Shown here piece by piece: positions 10,593 to 20,178 of a stretch of 64,000 nt of DNA; the first letter of the stretch is position 1, and each line of letters begins with the position of its first letter. A program made the position numbers and the translations under genes. The notes under the pieces were generated by a model. That model was not told the origin of the DNA, did not search any database, and saw nothing but the letters and a program-made list of their open reading frames with translations. The stretch covers positions 588,626 through 652,625 of the forward strand of contig CAKVFE010000001.1 in NCBI GenBank assembly GCA_934746645.1, written 5' to 3'. Source of the DNA: an uncultured Clostridia bacterium. Lineage in GTDB: Bacteria > Bacillota > Clostridia > Christensenellales > UBA1242.

Positions 10593-10749
10593 TCTTTCCT
10601 CCCATAAATAATAGACAGATGTATATTTTCTTGACATCTGTGGTATTATATGATAACTTTATAAAAAATTCAACAAAGTTATTTTACTGGACAACTTGTA
10701 TTGTAAGATATTTTACACTTTTGACAATTTGTCTAAAAAAGGAGTTATT

Positions 10750-11337
10750 ATGGACGACTACAAAGAAGACCTACGAATAGTCAGAACTAGAGTTTTACTA
10801 TCAAAAGCATTGTTTGAATTGCTTGAAACTACCCCTTTTGAAAAGATAAGCGTTATGGATATATGTGAAAAAGCTATGGTACACAGAGCAACTTTTTACA
10901 ACCATTTTACCGACAAAGAAGATTTGCTAGAATACAGCATTGACGAAATAAAAGAATCATTGTTTAATGCGACAGTAAAAAAAGAAACATATACTACTTC
11001 TAAAGAAATGTATATGTCACTAATATCTAAAGTTATAGACTTCGTTGATGAAAACAGAAAACAATTTTTGCTTATCCTTAACATAAACAGCTTTGAAAAA
11101 ATAACTGGATTGTTGCTTACTACCATTAAGCGTAGTATAAGATATCTTACAAGCAAAAACCAGTATAAAGAAACTTATACTCTACCTACCAATGTCATAA
11201 TTGACTTTTTAAGTGGTGGCATAACCAACTTAGGTCTTAACTGGTTGCAAGCAAGCAACCCTTGCAGTAAAGAAGAATTGATTGGATATTTTGATATTTT
11301 GCTCAACGAAAAAGTATACATAAAAAATCCACAATAA
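10750..11337 (+). CDS. TetR/AcrR-family transcriptional regulator
   Basis: Start at 'MDDYKEDLRIV' after SD 'aaaggag'. HTH region 'ISVMDICEKAMVHRATFYNHFTDKEDLL'. Divergent from the ABC operon. Confidence 0.85.
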   Translation: MDDYKEDLRIVRTRVLLSKALFELLETTPFEKISVMDICEKAMVHRATFYNHFTDKEDLLEYSIDEIKESLFNATVKKETYTTSKEMYMSLISKVIDFVDENRKQFLLILNINSFEKITGLLLTTIKRSIRYLTSKNQYKETYTLPTNVIIDFLSGGITNLGLNWLQASNPCSKEELIGYFDILLNEKVYIKNPQ

Positions 11338-11506
11338 AGATACCAATAAGTCACATAGTAAATATATTATTTATATATATTTTATGTGGCTTATTTTTTC
11401 TTTATTTTTAGTCAAAAAGTACAACAAAAACACGATTATAAATATTTTACAATAGTTAAAAAATGTGTTAAAACAACAATAGATAAATCAATAAAGGAGG
11501 AACTTT

Positions 11507-12682
11507 ATGAAAAAATTATTGGGAGTGTTGTGTTCGGTTACTCTAGTACTTGCTTGCACATTTACACTTTTTGGTTGTAAAGAAAAGACCAAAAACACTG
11601 TAATGAATGTATCTCTAAACCCAGAAGTCGAATTTATACTAGACAAAGACAATAAAGTTGTTAGTGTAAATGCTCTTAATGAAGAAGGCAACTTGGTTAT
11701 CAACGGTCAAGCATTTGTTGGCAAATCTAGTGATGAAGCTGTAAAGATGTTTGTACAAGTTAGTAAAGATACAGGATTCTTGGTTACTGGTAGCGTAAGT
11801 GACGGTCAAAACGAAATCAATATTTCATTGTCAGGTGACGCTAAAAAGGCTAAAGAAATCTACAACAGTGCAAAAGCAACTGTAGATAGTTATTTAGAAG
11901 AAAGTGGTATTACTGCTTCAATCAAAAAAGCAAGTGACCTAACTAAAGAATATCTACAAGAACAAGTTAAGGAATGTGAGAAATATCTTTCTGATTCAGA
12001 AATCAAAAATATGTCTTACGAACAACTTTTAGAAACTCTAAAACAATCTAGAGAAGAAACAAAAGAATATGTAAGTCAAGAACTTAAAGAAGCTTATTAT
12101 CAAGCTAAAAACAACACTTACATTCAAGCAGAACTAGAATATGCAAAATCTCAAATGAATGTTATTAGTCAAGGCGTATTTGATGTTGTACTAAAAACAT
12201 ATCAAGGTGCTTGCACAGAACTAGAAAATGCTAGACAAAGATATTTTGTAAGTGAAGATAGTCTTTATCAAAAAGCTCTAGCTACTCTAAGAGAAAAGAA
12301 AGTTGAATATCTTAACTATCGTAACTATGTAGCTGGACTTACTAAAAGTCAAATCACTACAACAATCAACACAACTCTAGACAATCTAAAAACTGTTTTG
12401 GATAGTGCAGAACAATCTTTAAACAGCGTATATGAGAGTTGTCTACAAAGCATTAAAGCTACCGAAACAGCTTTAACAACTGCTTATACTAGTGTTATGA
12501 ACACACTTCAACAACTTGGCGTAGATTTAAGCAAAATGGGTGAAGAATTGACAACAAGTGTTGATACAGCTATCAACCAATTTAAGTCAACTTTTGTAAG
12601 CACTTACGAAACTTCTATCAACAACGCTAAAACTGATTGGAACAATATGAAAACTCAATTGGAAGCTGGTTATAACGCATAA
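11507..12682 (+). CDS. lipoprotein, helical/coiled-coil-rich (hypothetical)
   Basis: SD 'aaggagg'. Signal peptide 'MKKLLGVLCSVTLVLACTFTLFGC' with lipobox LFGC. Confidence 0.7.
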   Translation: MKKLLGVLCSVTLVLACTFTLFGCKEKTKNTVMNVSLNPEVEFILDKDNKVVSVNALNEEGNLVINGQAFVGKSSDEAVKMFVQVSKDTGFLVTGSVSDGQNEINISLSGDAKKAKEIYNSAKATVDSYLEESGITASIKKASDLTKEYLQEQVKECEKYLSDSEIKNMSYEQLLETLKQSREETKEYVSQELKEAYYQAKNNTYIQAELEYAKSQMNVISQGVFDVVLKTYQGACTELENARQRYFVSEDSLYQKALATLREKKVEYLNYRNYVAGLTKSQITTTINTTLDNLKTVLDSAEQSLNSVYESCLQSIKATETALTTAYTSVMNTLQQLGVDLSKMGEELTTSVDTAINQFKSTFVSTYETSINNAKTDWNNMKTQLEAGYNA

Positions 12683-12695
12683 GTGTTAATAAAAA

Positions 12696-12726
12696 AGGCA
12701 CAAGATAAACTTGTGTCTTTTTTTAT
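12696..12726 (+). terminator. intrinsic terminator
   Basis: 9-bp stem 12696-12704 / 12710-12718 (one G-U pair), then a T-run. Confidence 0.7.
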
Positions 12727-12936
12727 TTTTCTTATGGTTGTTTTATATTCATTATTTAATATTTGTTATTTTTTATCTTGTTAATTTTTTATTAAAGATA
12801 AAATTTGTATTTAGTCAATTTTATGTTTTTATCTTTGTGTATTTTTTATATTTACTTACTTATGTATTCCGTTATCTTACAATTAAGATATTAAAAGACA
12901 ACAAAAATATTATTTTATTACACAAGACTACATTAC

Positions 12937-13242
12937 TTATTTTTTACCAATAAGTCTATTGCTTTCTTCTACACCTTTATTAAAGTTTTCATAACTTTGT
13001 GGGTCAAGATAGAAAAGCATATTCATAAGTTGACCGACATGTACCTGCTCTTCACTTCTTATATCTTCCCAAGTTGCTTTCAATGTAGGATTGGTAGTCA
13101 TATTGATATGTGCTGTATAATGATTGATTGCGTCAAGTTCGCCCATAATATCTTGTCTAAGATTATCTAGTGTTTGATAGTCTACAGTACTGTTGTTGGG
13201 CATACCATTGGTTTTTGTTGTGTATCCAAATAAATTTTGCAT
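12937..13242 (-). CDS. small ferritin-like protein resembling encapsulated-ferritin (EncFtn/Flp) family
   Basis: Pattern 'GELDAINHY..(20 aa)..IRSEEQVHVGQLMNMLFYLDP' matches the E...Y / ExxH di-iron ligands and spacing of EncFtn-type proteins. Assigned from memory of the family, not by search. Confidence 0.5.
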   Translation of the reverse strand: MQNLFGYTTKTNGMPNNSTVDYQTLDNLRQDIMGELDAINHYTAHINMTTNPTLKATWEDIRSEEQVHVGQLMNMLFYLDPQSYENFNKGVEESNRLIGKK

Positions 13243-13366
13243 ATAGCCTCCTTTATGGTGTTATATATGAATCAAACAAAATTTTTGTTAATAGCAAAAT
13301 TTTTTATTAACAATCTTCAATTTTGTGTTATTATAAGTTCTATACAAAAGAACTTATGGAGTTAAT

Positions 13367-14005
13367 ATGAAAGCTATAATATTTGATTTTGATGACACAT
13401 TATACAATGGAACTGTATGGAATAATTGGCCAAAATATATGCACAAATTTTTGGCAGAACTTTTTGGTGGACAAGAAAGAGCCAACCAATTTATAACCAA
13501 ATATCATTTTGATACTCTACCATTTATAGGTCAATCTGTTGCTAGTGCATTGATTAAAGAGTTAGGAAGTGCAGAAAGTTTTGTAAAGTATCAATCAGAC
13601 AATGTATACCCACTTGAAGCTCCTAACCTACGCTTTATAGATGGCGACTTTTTAAAAGACCTAAAAAAAGATTATCATCTATACATACTTAGCAACTCTC
13701 CAGTACGATATGTAAGACAACATTTGGCTGAAGGCAATATTGACGAAAACATATTTGATGGTATTTTTACCAACTCATTTGAAGTAGAAGATATATCAAA
13801 ATATTCACAATACCAACACATACTAAAACTAGAAAATGTTAGTCCTAACCAAATAATAGCTGTAGGCGACAACTACACCAACGACATTGTTCCTGCACTT
13901 AAACTTGGACTTAACGGATATCACGCACCTACACTAGAAATGGTGTACAATCTTAGAAATGTCATTAATGATATTGAAGATGACAGCCAACAACTTAAAG
14001 CATAA
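13367..14005 (+). CDS. HAD-family hydrolase
   Basis: Motif I 'IIFDFDDTLY', motif IV 'VGDNYTNDI'. Confidence 0.8.
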   Translation: MKAIIFDFDDTLYNGTVWNNWPKYMHKFLAELFGGQERANQFITKYHFDTLPFIGQSVASALIKELGSAESFVKYQSDNVYPLEAPNLRFIDGDFLKDLKKDYHLYILSNSPVRYVRQHLAEGNIDENIFDGIFTNSFEVEDISKYSQYQHILKLENVSPNQIIAVGDNYTNDIVPALKLGLNGYHAPTLEMVYNLRNVINDIEDDSQQLKA

Positions 14006-14017
14006 GAGAATAATTGA

Positions 14018-14530
14018 ATGATTATAATAAGAGAATTAAAACCTAACTTAATAGACCAAAATCTAAAAGAAATGTTGGACGAAATACCAAAAGTAGATGA
14101 ATTTTTACAAACCAACGACTACAATGGAAAATCTATAGACGAAATAAAATCAATGGTAGAACAATCCATAAATAAAAAAGTAGATAATGATGATGAAGAT
14201 GTACCACAAAAGACTTTTGTGATATATGAAGATACCCTTCCTATTGGACTTGGTGGTGTCCGACTAACAATGACTCCTTTTTGGTTAAAACACGGTGGAC
14301 ATTTATGGTACAAAATAAGACCAACAAAAAGAAGACTTGGATATGCTACAAAACTTACAGACTTTTTAGTATACTATCTTTCTTCTCAAGGTATACACAC
14401 CATATACGCTCAATGCAACATAGACAATATTGGGTCACAAAAAGTACTTACCAACAACCACTTTGTAAAGTACGACAATCCTCTATGTCCAGACTGGGCT
14501 GATACACTATTTTATAAAAAAGAAGTGTAA
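14018..14530 (+). CDS. GNAT-family acetyltransferase (putative)
   Basis: 'IRPTKRRLGYATKLTDFLVYY' resembles the acetyl-CoA-binding motif A (R-x-x-G-x-A). Size and position are typical. Confidence 0.55.
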   Translation: MIIIRELKPNLIDQNLKEMLDEIPKVDEFLQTNDYNGKSIDEIKSMVEQSINKKVDNDDEDVPQKTFVIYEDTLPIGLGGVRLTMTPFWLKHGGHLWYKIRPTKRRLGYATKLTDFLVYYLSSQGIHTIYAQCNIDNIGSQKVLTNNHFVKYDNPLCPDWADTLFYKKEV

Positions 14531-14652
14531 ATAAGATACCAATACTTTTAAAAGATAAATAAAGATAAATTATAAATAATTAAATACTAACCATTAAAAA
14601 TAAATTATAAATGCCAACAATTTAAAATAAATAAATTATAAAAATGGATAAT

Positions 14653-14695
14653 AAAAAAATCACTAAGAAATATTAACTTAGTGATTTTTATTTTT
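14653..14695. terminator. bidirectional intrinsic terminator
   Basis: ATCACTAAG (14659-14667) / CTTAGTGAT (14677-14685), flanked by an A-run and a T-run. Confidence 0.7.
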
Positions 14696-14739
14696 GTTGT
14701 TTATATACAATCTATACTACAACTTAAACTTAACAATAG

Positions 14740-15171
14740 TTAAGCTATCTTGCCGTTGCGAGCACGATTGTATTGGCGTCTACCTATATTGATTTTTTCT
14801 TGGATAAAATCGTGTACCTTTTTAGGGTCATCTAATCCACAAACCATACGGGTATCATCTGGCACCATACTCATAGGGTCTTCTTTCATATGTGTATGTT
14901 GTTTTCTGATATAATTGACTACATCTTTTGAAAGTCCACTTTTTTCTGTACCAATATTGATATTAAGAATAAGAGCAGACAATGTAGCTTGGTCCAAAAT
15001 AGACTCAGCTGTACCACCTGCAACTTTACCATTAGAATGGCGTGGAACAACTTGTTTTAGTCCAGTATATTTGTTAACAAATGCTTGGTGACTACCACCA
15101 TTATTTTTTATAGGTTCATAACCTGCAACTATTAATGCATTAACAACATCTGTATATTTATATTCAGCCAT
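14740..15171 (-). CDS. hicA: HicA-like mRNA interferase toxin with ~75-aa C-terminal extension
   Basis: Start at 'MAEYKY' (SD AAGGGG 9 nt upstream). HicA core 'LIVAGYEPIKNNGGSHQAFVNKYTGLKQVVPRHSNGKVAGGTAESILDQ' (GSH..F / vP.H pattern). Lies directly downstream of the hicB-like gene. Confidence 0.65.
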   Translation of the reverse strand: MAEYKYTDVVNALIVAGYEPIKNNGGSHQAFVNKYTGLKQVVPRHSNGKVAGGTAESILDQATLSALILNINIGTEKSGLSKDVVNYIRKQHTHMKEDPMSMVPDDTRMVCGLDDPKKVHDFIQEKINIGRRQYNRARNGKIA

Positions 15172-15204
15172 ATTTTTCAACCCCTTAAATAATGTTTAAC
15201 TTAA

Positions 15205-15453
15205 TTATTTTTCTATTTCTACCCAAATAACTTTGTATTGTGGGAACATAGATTTCAATTTTTCTAGTGAAGTAGGATTGCTACCTTCGCAAAAGCCCAT
15301 ATCTACTGCAGTAAGCAAAGCATCTTTTGCCATAGCTATTGCATCTTTTTCATCTTCGCCACAAGTTACTACTCCCATAAGGTCTGGGAATACAACATTG
15401 ACTGCTTCACTATCTTTTTCTGGTTTTAATAATGCACCATATCCAATTTTCAT
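15205..15453 (-). CDS. hicB: HicB-family antitoxin (UPF0150 fold)
   Basis: 'VNVVFPDLMGVVTCGEDEKDAIAMAKDALLTAV' matches the HicB N-terminal 'v.vPDlpGc.t.G.t.eEA...a.eal' pattern. Confidence 0.75.
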   Translation of the reverse strand: MKIGYGALLKPEKDSEAVNVVFPDLMGVVTCGEDEKDAIAMAKDALLTAVDMGFCEGSNPTSLEKLKSMFPQYKVIWVEIEK

Positions 15454-15529
15454 ATAACTCTCCTATATCACTATTAAAGTTATTACATATATTCTAACAC
15501 GAGTACACATAAATTTCAATAGTCATTTT

Positions 15530-17227
15530 TTAATTTTTTGTAATCAAATAATATCCGTTGCCGGTTTGCATAAATGTTTTGTTGTTAAAATCATAACTAC
15601 TACCATCTACAGTTGTAATTGGTAAATCATAGTTGCCCAACAATTTACCATCAAATGTATAATAGCTATATACACGGTTGCCAACAGTAGAACTATCAGA
15701 TTCTACCAAATAGTAATTATCTTTTATAGTAATGTTAAGTACAGTGGTATTGCCATATTTTGTTTCTCTTGTAGCATCTCCTACGACAAGCAAATCTTTT
15801 GTACCAATAACTGTAGTTTGATTGTTTTTGTCTATGCGAGAATATTCTAGATAAGTTTTGCCGTCTGGAACTTCAATGCGTTTTGTAACAATGATACAAT
15901 CATTAGCAAAATCACTCACATCACTTCCTGAGCCAGTAGGCATTTCAAAACTGTTAAGTGTCTTGCCGTTATAATCTAGGATATATACTGTATTGTCATA
16001 CACAACTTTAATACGGTCTGAAGATACACTAATATCTGTAGTTTTACTAAAATCTGCAACAATATTCTTGTTGGCGTCAATTAAATAATTTTCGCCATCT
16101 TTTACACCAATATATCTACTCTTGTTTAGTTTGTAGTATTGGTCAAAGTTGGTCTTTATTGGAGTTATCTTTCCGTCTTTACCAACAATTGCTTTTTGAA
16201 CAGAACTTGCTGAAAGTGTTTTGTTGACAATCTTAATAACTGAAAGTGTTGCTGTACCTGTCTTAGAGTTGTAATCATTAGCTTCACCATCATCACCAGT
16301 CAAACCCAAAATATATTTTGTCTTAAATCTCTTTGTCTTACCAGTCTTATAATCAATAGTCATACTATAAAGTTTGTAATATACATTATTGTCAAAGTTG
16401 ATAATATCACAATCTTCAGCACTATCAACAATTTCTAGCCATTGAAGTATACCGTATCTGCCCAAAACTACTGGAGATTGAATATACTTATTGTCCAAAG
16501 TATATCTAGTTACTTTACCTTTTCTATTAACCAAAATGTAGTCTGTAGTATCATCATCATTGGCACGAGTGTCAAACATATAATCTTCCATTTCTGGTCC
16601 AAATACTAGACAAGCTGGAGTGCTAGAATCTGAGAAGAAGAATGGACTTATACCTTTTGTATCTTCAAAATTAAATGTTATGTCAGTCTTAACACCATTG
16701 ACATTTTTATAATACAATTTTTTGGTTGTATTATTCATATATGTAACATTCCATTCTTCATAATATGTATTGAAGTTAGAATATTCATATTCTTTGAAAG
16801 TATAACTTTTTATGTTGGTAAGTTCGCTAATAGGTGACCATTCGTTGTCTGTATATTGGTATACTACTCCACCTTTTGTATCATTAGGAACATAAACATA
16901 ATCTCTACTATAAGTATCAATCAAAGTTGGTTTTTTCAATGCTTTATCTAAAGTCAACTTGTCTTGGTCAACATTATAGATAGCATAATATGTATTGGAC
17001 ATTTGATAATAACTTACAAGAATATTGCCTTGCTCTGTTATTGTGTTGCCATTTAAAGAAGAATACTTATAATACTCATTTTTAAAGTTGGCTAACTTTG
17101 TCATAGAAGTAAGAGCTGTTGGCTCATAATCTTTTGCAACTCTTATATTGGTCTTTGCACCACAAGCTGTACATAGCACACAACTAGTAAGTGCTACACC
17201 CATAAGTAATGGATTGATTTTTTTCAT
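15530..17227 (-). CDS. large lipoprotein (hypothetical, beta-rich)
   Basis: Start at 'MKKINPLLMGVALTSCVLCTACG' (signal peptide plus Cys lipobox). Tyr/Asn/Thr-rich, suggesting a beta-propeller-like fold. Confidence 0.65.
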   Translation of the reverse strand: MKKINPLLMGVALTSCVLCTACGAKTNIRVAKDYEPTALTSMTKLANFKNEYYKYSSLNGNTITEQGNILVSYYQMSNTYYAIYNVDQDKLTLDKALKKPTLIDTYSRDYVYVPNDTKGGVVYQYTDNEWSPISELTNIKSYTFKEYEYSNFNTYYEEWNVTYMNNTTKKLYYKNVNGVKTDITFNFEDTKGISPFFFSDSSTPACLVFGPEMEDYMFDTRANDDDTTDYILVNRKGKVTRYTLDNKYIQSPVVLGRYGILQWLEIVDSAEDCDIINFDNNVYYKLYSMTIDYKTGKTKRFKTKYILGLTGDDGEANDYNSKTGTATLSVIKIVNKTLSASSVQKAIVGKDGKITPIKTNFDQYYKLNKSRYIGVKDGENYLIDANKNIVADFSKTTDISVSSDRIKVVYDNTVYILDYNGKTLNSFEMPTGSGSDVSDFANDCIIVTKRIEVPDGKTYLEYSRIDKNNQTTVIGTKDLLVVGDATRETKYGNTTVLNITIKDNYYLVESDSSTVGNRVYSYYTFDGKLLGNYDLPITTVDGSSYDFNNKTFMQTGNGYYLITKN

Positions 17228-17612
17228 ACACATACCCCTTTATATAATTTTGATAACACAATAATTTATTTATGTTTTGTTGTTATCAGTCTGCTACTCA
17301 TATCTTAACATTTGTTATATATTTAAGTCAAACTATCCACCCAACAATTATTTAATATAATCATTTTGTTTAGTAATATCCTAAGTACAATTATACCGAT
17401 TTGTAAGTGTAGTATAAAAATGCAAAATATGCACTTTTTGTCAAAAACATATAGTTTATTGGTATTATACTAGAGCAAACATATCACAAACATATATTTA
17501 GGCAATATACACAAAAAGAAAAAGATACACCTAATCGGGTGAAATATAAGTCGATTTATGGTATAATATTTATAGTTCAAAAAGATAAATTATAGTCACA
17601 TAAGGAGAAGTT

Positions 17613-18167
17613 ATGAAAGTACTAATTGCTACAAAAAATCCAGCAAAAATAAAAGGTGCACAATCTGCATTTGATGAGTTCTTTAAAGATGTAGTTATAG
17701 AGGGATACAGTGTACCATCTGGAGTTCCTGACCAACCTGTCAATTTAGACACATACAATGGAGCTAACAATCGTGTAGACAATCTTATTAATTTAGCCAA
17801 AGAAAACAATATATCAGCAGATTATTATATCGCTATAGAGTCTGGCATAACCAATAGTTTAGGCAAATGGATTATTACCAACATAGCAGTTATTAAAGAC
17901 AACAATGGCAAAGTAGGTTTTGGCACAAGCGCAGGTTTTCCAGTACCCGAATCACTTGTTGACGAAATAATATCTACCGACCTAGGAAAAGTTATTGACC
18001 GTATCTTCAACGAAAACAATCTTCGTGCAGGTGCTGGTGGTATAAGTCTTATATCAAAAGGAGTTATCACTCGTAGCGATTTAACTCACGACGCTTTTGT
18101 TATGGCTTTTACACCATTTATAGGTGACAACTGGTACGAATATACCGAAAAGCAAAATAAACAATAA
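17613..18167 (+). CDS. yjjX: inosine/xanthosine triphosphatase (YjjX-family NTPase)
   Basis: 'MKVLIATKNPAKIKGAQSAF..SGVPDQP..GANNRV..YIAIESGI' is collinear with E. coli YjjX. SD 'aaggag'. Confidence 0.75.
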   Translation: MKVLIATKNPAKIKGAQSAFDEFFKDVVIEGYSVPSGVPDQPVNLDTYNGANNRVDNLINLAKENNISADYYIAIESGITNSLGKWIITNIAVIKDNNGKVGFGTSAGFPVPESLVDEIISTDLGKVIDRIFNENNLRAGAGGISLISKGVITRSDLTHDAFVMAFTPFIGDNWYEYTEKQNKQ

Positions 18168-18291
18168 ATACATAAATTAATAAATTAATAATTAATAAAT
18201 TAATAAATACCAAGTTTAAATAATTAAGTACAAAAAAAGTATAGCATTTAGTTTTGCTATACCTTTTTTAATATTATTTTTATAGTATCAA

Positions 18292-19344
18292 TTAAAAGCA
18301 ATAGTTTCTAACAACTGCAAATGTGATGTATGAAATGTACATACATATCAAGATGACACCTTCCATTTTGCCAACTTGCTTTTTTCTTAAACTCATAAAT
18401 ACAAATACAAGTGTAAATACAAACAATATTAATAAATCTGTAAGGATTGTTTGGCTTACAGCCATAGGTGTAATAACACCAACTAAACCTAGTATTAATA
18501 TAATATTAGCTATATTGCTACCAATAACATTGCCAAGTGCAAGGTCTGTTTCGCCTTTCTTTGCAGCAATGATTGATGTTGCAAGTTCTGGTAGACTAGT
18601 ACCTACTGCTACTATTGTTAGTCCAACCAATGCTTCACTCATACCAGCTTTTAGTGCTAGGAATTTAGCTGTTGAAGATACACATTCGCCACCAAATACA
18701 ACAGCTGCTAAACCAATAATTAAGTAAACAACAATTTGCCAAACTTTAAGTTCTTTTTCTTTTTTCTCTACAGGTTTTTCTTCGCCTGCTTCAGCATTTT
18801 CTTTTTTGTCATTATCAAAATCTGTTTTTTCTACTACAGGTTCGGTACTTTCGCAAAATTGATTTTTTGCTTTAGCGTGCTTGATTTGAGTAATAGTATA
18901 AAATACCAATAGTCCAAGCAATACTATACTTTCTGTACGACTTACTACGCTTTGAGTTGCTCCGTCTAGGAATACATCACAACTAAATAATAGCAATAAT
19001 CCTGTAACCAAAATTAAAAATGGTAAATCAAATTTTCTTGTGTCTTCTTGCAAAACTATCTTATTAAATATTGCAGACAAGCCAAGTATCAAACACATAT
19101 TGGCGATATTGCTACCTACGACATTGCCGACAGCTAAGTCAACGCTTCCCTTTATAGCACTTGTGATACTAACTGCAAGTTCTGGTAGACTAGTACCTAC
19201 TGCTACTATTGTAAGCCCAATAATAATTGATGGAACTTTCAATTTTTTAGCGACAGCACTAGCACCACTTACAAAGAAGTCAGCACCCTTTATAAGTAAG
19301 ACCATACCTATAATTAAAAATAAAATGTTTAAAAATATTTCCAT
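18292..19344 (-). CDS. Ca2+/cation antiporter (CaCA family, YrbG-like)
   Basis: Two alpha-repeats 'GTSLPELAVS' and 'GTSLPELATS', each followed by 'GNV(V/I)GSNIAN'. Confidence 0.85.
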   Translation of the reverse strand: MEIFLNILFLIIGMVLLIKGADFFVSGASAVAKKLKVPSIIIGLTIVAVGTSLPELAVSITSAIKGSVDLAVGNVVGSNIANMCLILGLSAIFNKIVLQEDTRKFDLPFLILVTGLLLLFSCDVFLDGATQSVVSRTESIVLLGLLVFYTITQIKHAKAKNQFCESTEPVVEKTDFDNDKKENAEAGEEKPVEKKEKELKVWQIVVYLIIGLAAVVFGGECVSSTAKFLALKAGMSEALVGLTIVAVGTSLPELATSIIAAKKGETDLALGNVIGSNIANIILILGLVGVITPMAVSQTILTDLLILFVFTLVFVFMSLRKKQVGKMEGVILICMYISYITFAVVRNYCF

Positions 19345-19495
19345 TATCTCTTTCCCTTTTAAAAATTTTCTATCAAAAGTATACTACAAAAATACAATAA
19401 TGAAAAATTAATTCAAATTAAAATCTAAAATATTACAAAACAAAATTGGTGGATACAAAAGTTGTATGCTATAATGACTTTGTAAGGAGAATATT

Positions 19496-20065
19496 ATGAA
19501 AACACTACTTGTAGATGTTGATGAAGTTATTTGTCACCCAACATTAATAGATGAGATAAACAAATTTTTACACACCAACTACCGTCTTAACGATTTTACC
19601 GAATATTATATTGATGATGTTTTGGGTTCGGACGAAAACAAACAAAAGTTTTATGAGATAATCAAAGATAAAAATATGTATGAAGATGCAGTCCTACTTG
19701 ACGGTGTAACAGACGCACTAAAAAAATTGAGCAAAGAGTACGACATCTACATTTGTAGTGCTTGCGCTATGTTTTGTCTTTTAAAAGAAAGTGGAATATA
19801 TTTTAAATACAAGTACGATTTTTTAATCAAAAATTTTCCGTTCTTAAATCCAGAACATTTTATATTTACAGGTGGCAAAAATATATTTAAAGCAGACGCA
19901 ATGATTGATGACCGACCAAAAAATCTTATGGGAGATATTGGCACACGCATTATGATGTTATCTTATCACAATAGAGATATTAGCGATGAAGAACTAAAGA
20001 AAAACAATATTATCAAAGTTTCTTCGTGGGCAGAGATAGAAGATATATTGTTAAATAAAAATTAA
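19496..20065 (+). CDS. HAD-type 5'(3')-deoxyribonucleotidase-like protein
   Basis: N-terminal 'LLVDVDEVI' (DxD nucleophile motif) and C-terminal 'MIDDRPKNL'. Confidence 0.5.
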   Translation: MKTLLVDVDEVICHPTLIDEINKFLHTNYRLNDFTEYYIDDVLGSDENKQKFYEIIKDKNMYEDAVLLDGVTDALKKLSKEYDIYICSACAMFCLLKESGIYFKYKYDFLIKNFPFLNPEHFIFTGGKNIFKADAMIDDRPKNLMGDIGTRIMMLSYHNRDISDEELKKNNIIKVSSWAEIEDILLNKN

Positions 20066-20135
20066 AACGATTTTTAACTTTTGTATTGACATTAAATCAA
20101 AAAAGTTGTAAAAATATTGCAAGGAGATAAAAGCA

Positions 20136-20174
20136 ATGACAAAATTATTTGTAACTCTACATCATCATAGTTAA
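20136..20174 (+). CDS. candidate leader peptide MTKLFVTLHHHS (His x3)
   Basis: SD AAGGAG 20121-20126, 9-nt spacer, ATG 20136, CAT CAT CAT at 20160-20168, TAA at 20172-20174. Overlapping alternative hairpins and a terminator follow immediately. Confidence 0.5.
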   Translation: MTKLFVTLHHHS

Positions 20175-20178
20175 TCTA

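Noticed and set aside
12711-12953. 80-aa ORF (Phe/Leu/Tyr-rich) between the lipoprotein gene and the ferritin-like gene
   Set aside because: It begins inside the lipoprotein terminator, has no SD, and its composition is simply translated T-rich intergenic DNA.
12937-13242. Encapsulin nanocompartment operon
   Set aside because: Only the EncFtn-like gene is present, with no HK97-fold shell gene on either side in this window. It is therefore reported as an orphan, not as a system.
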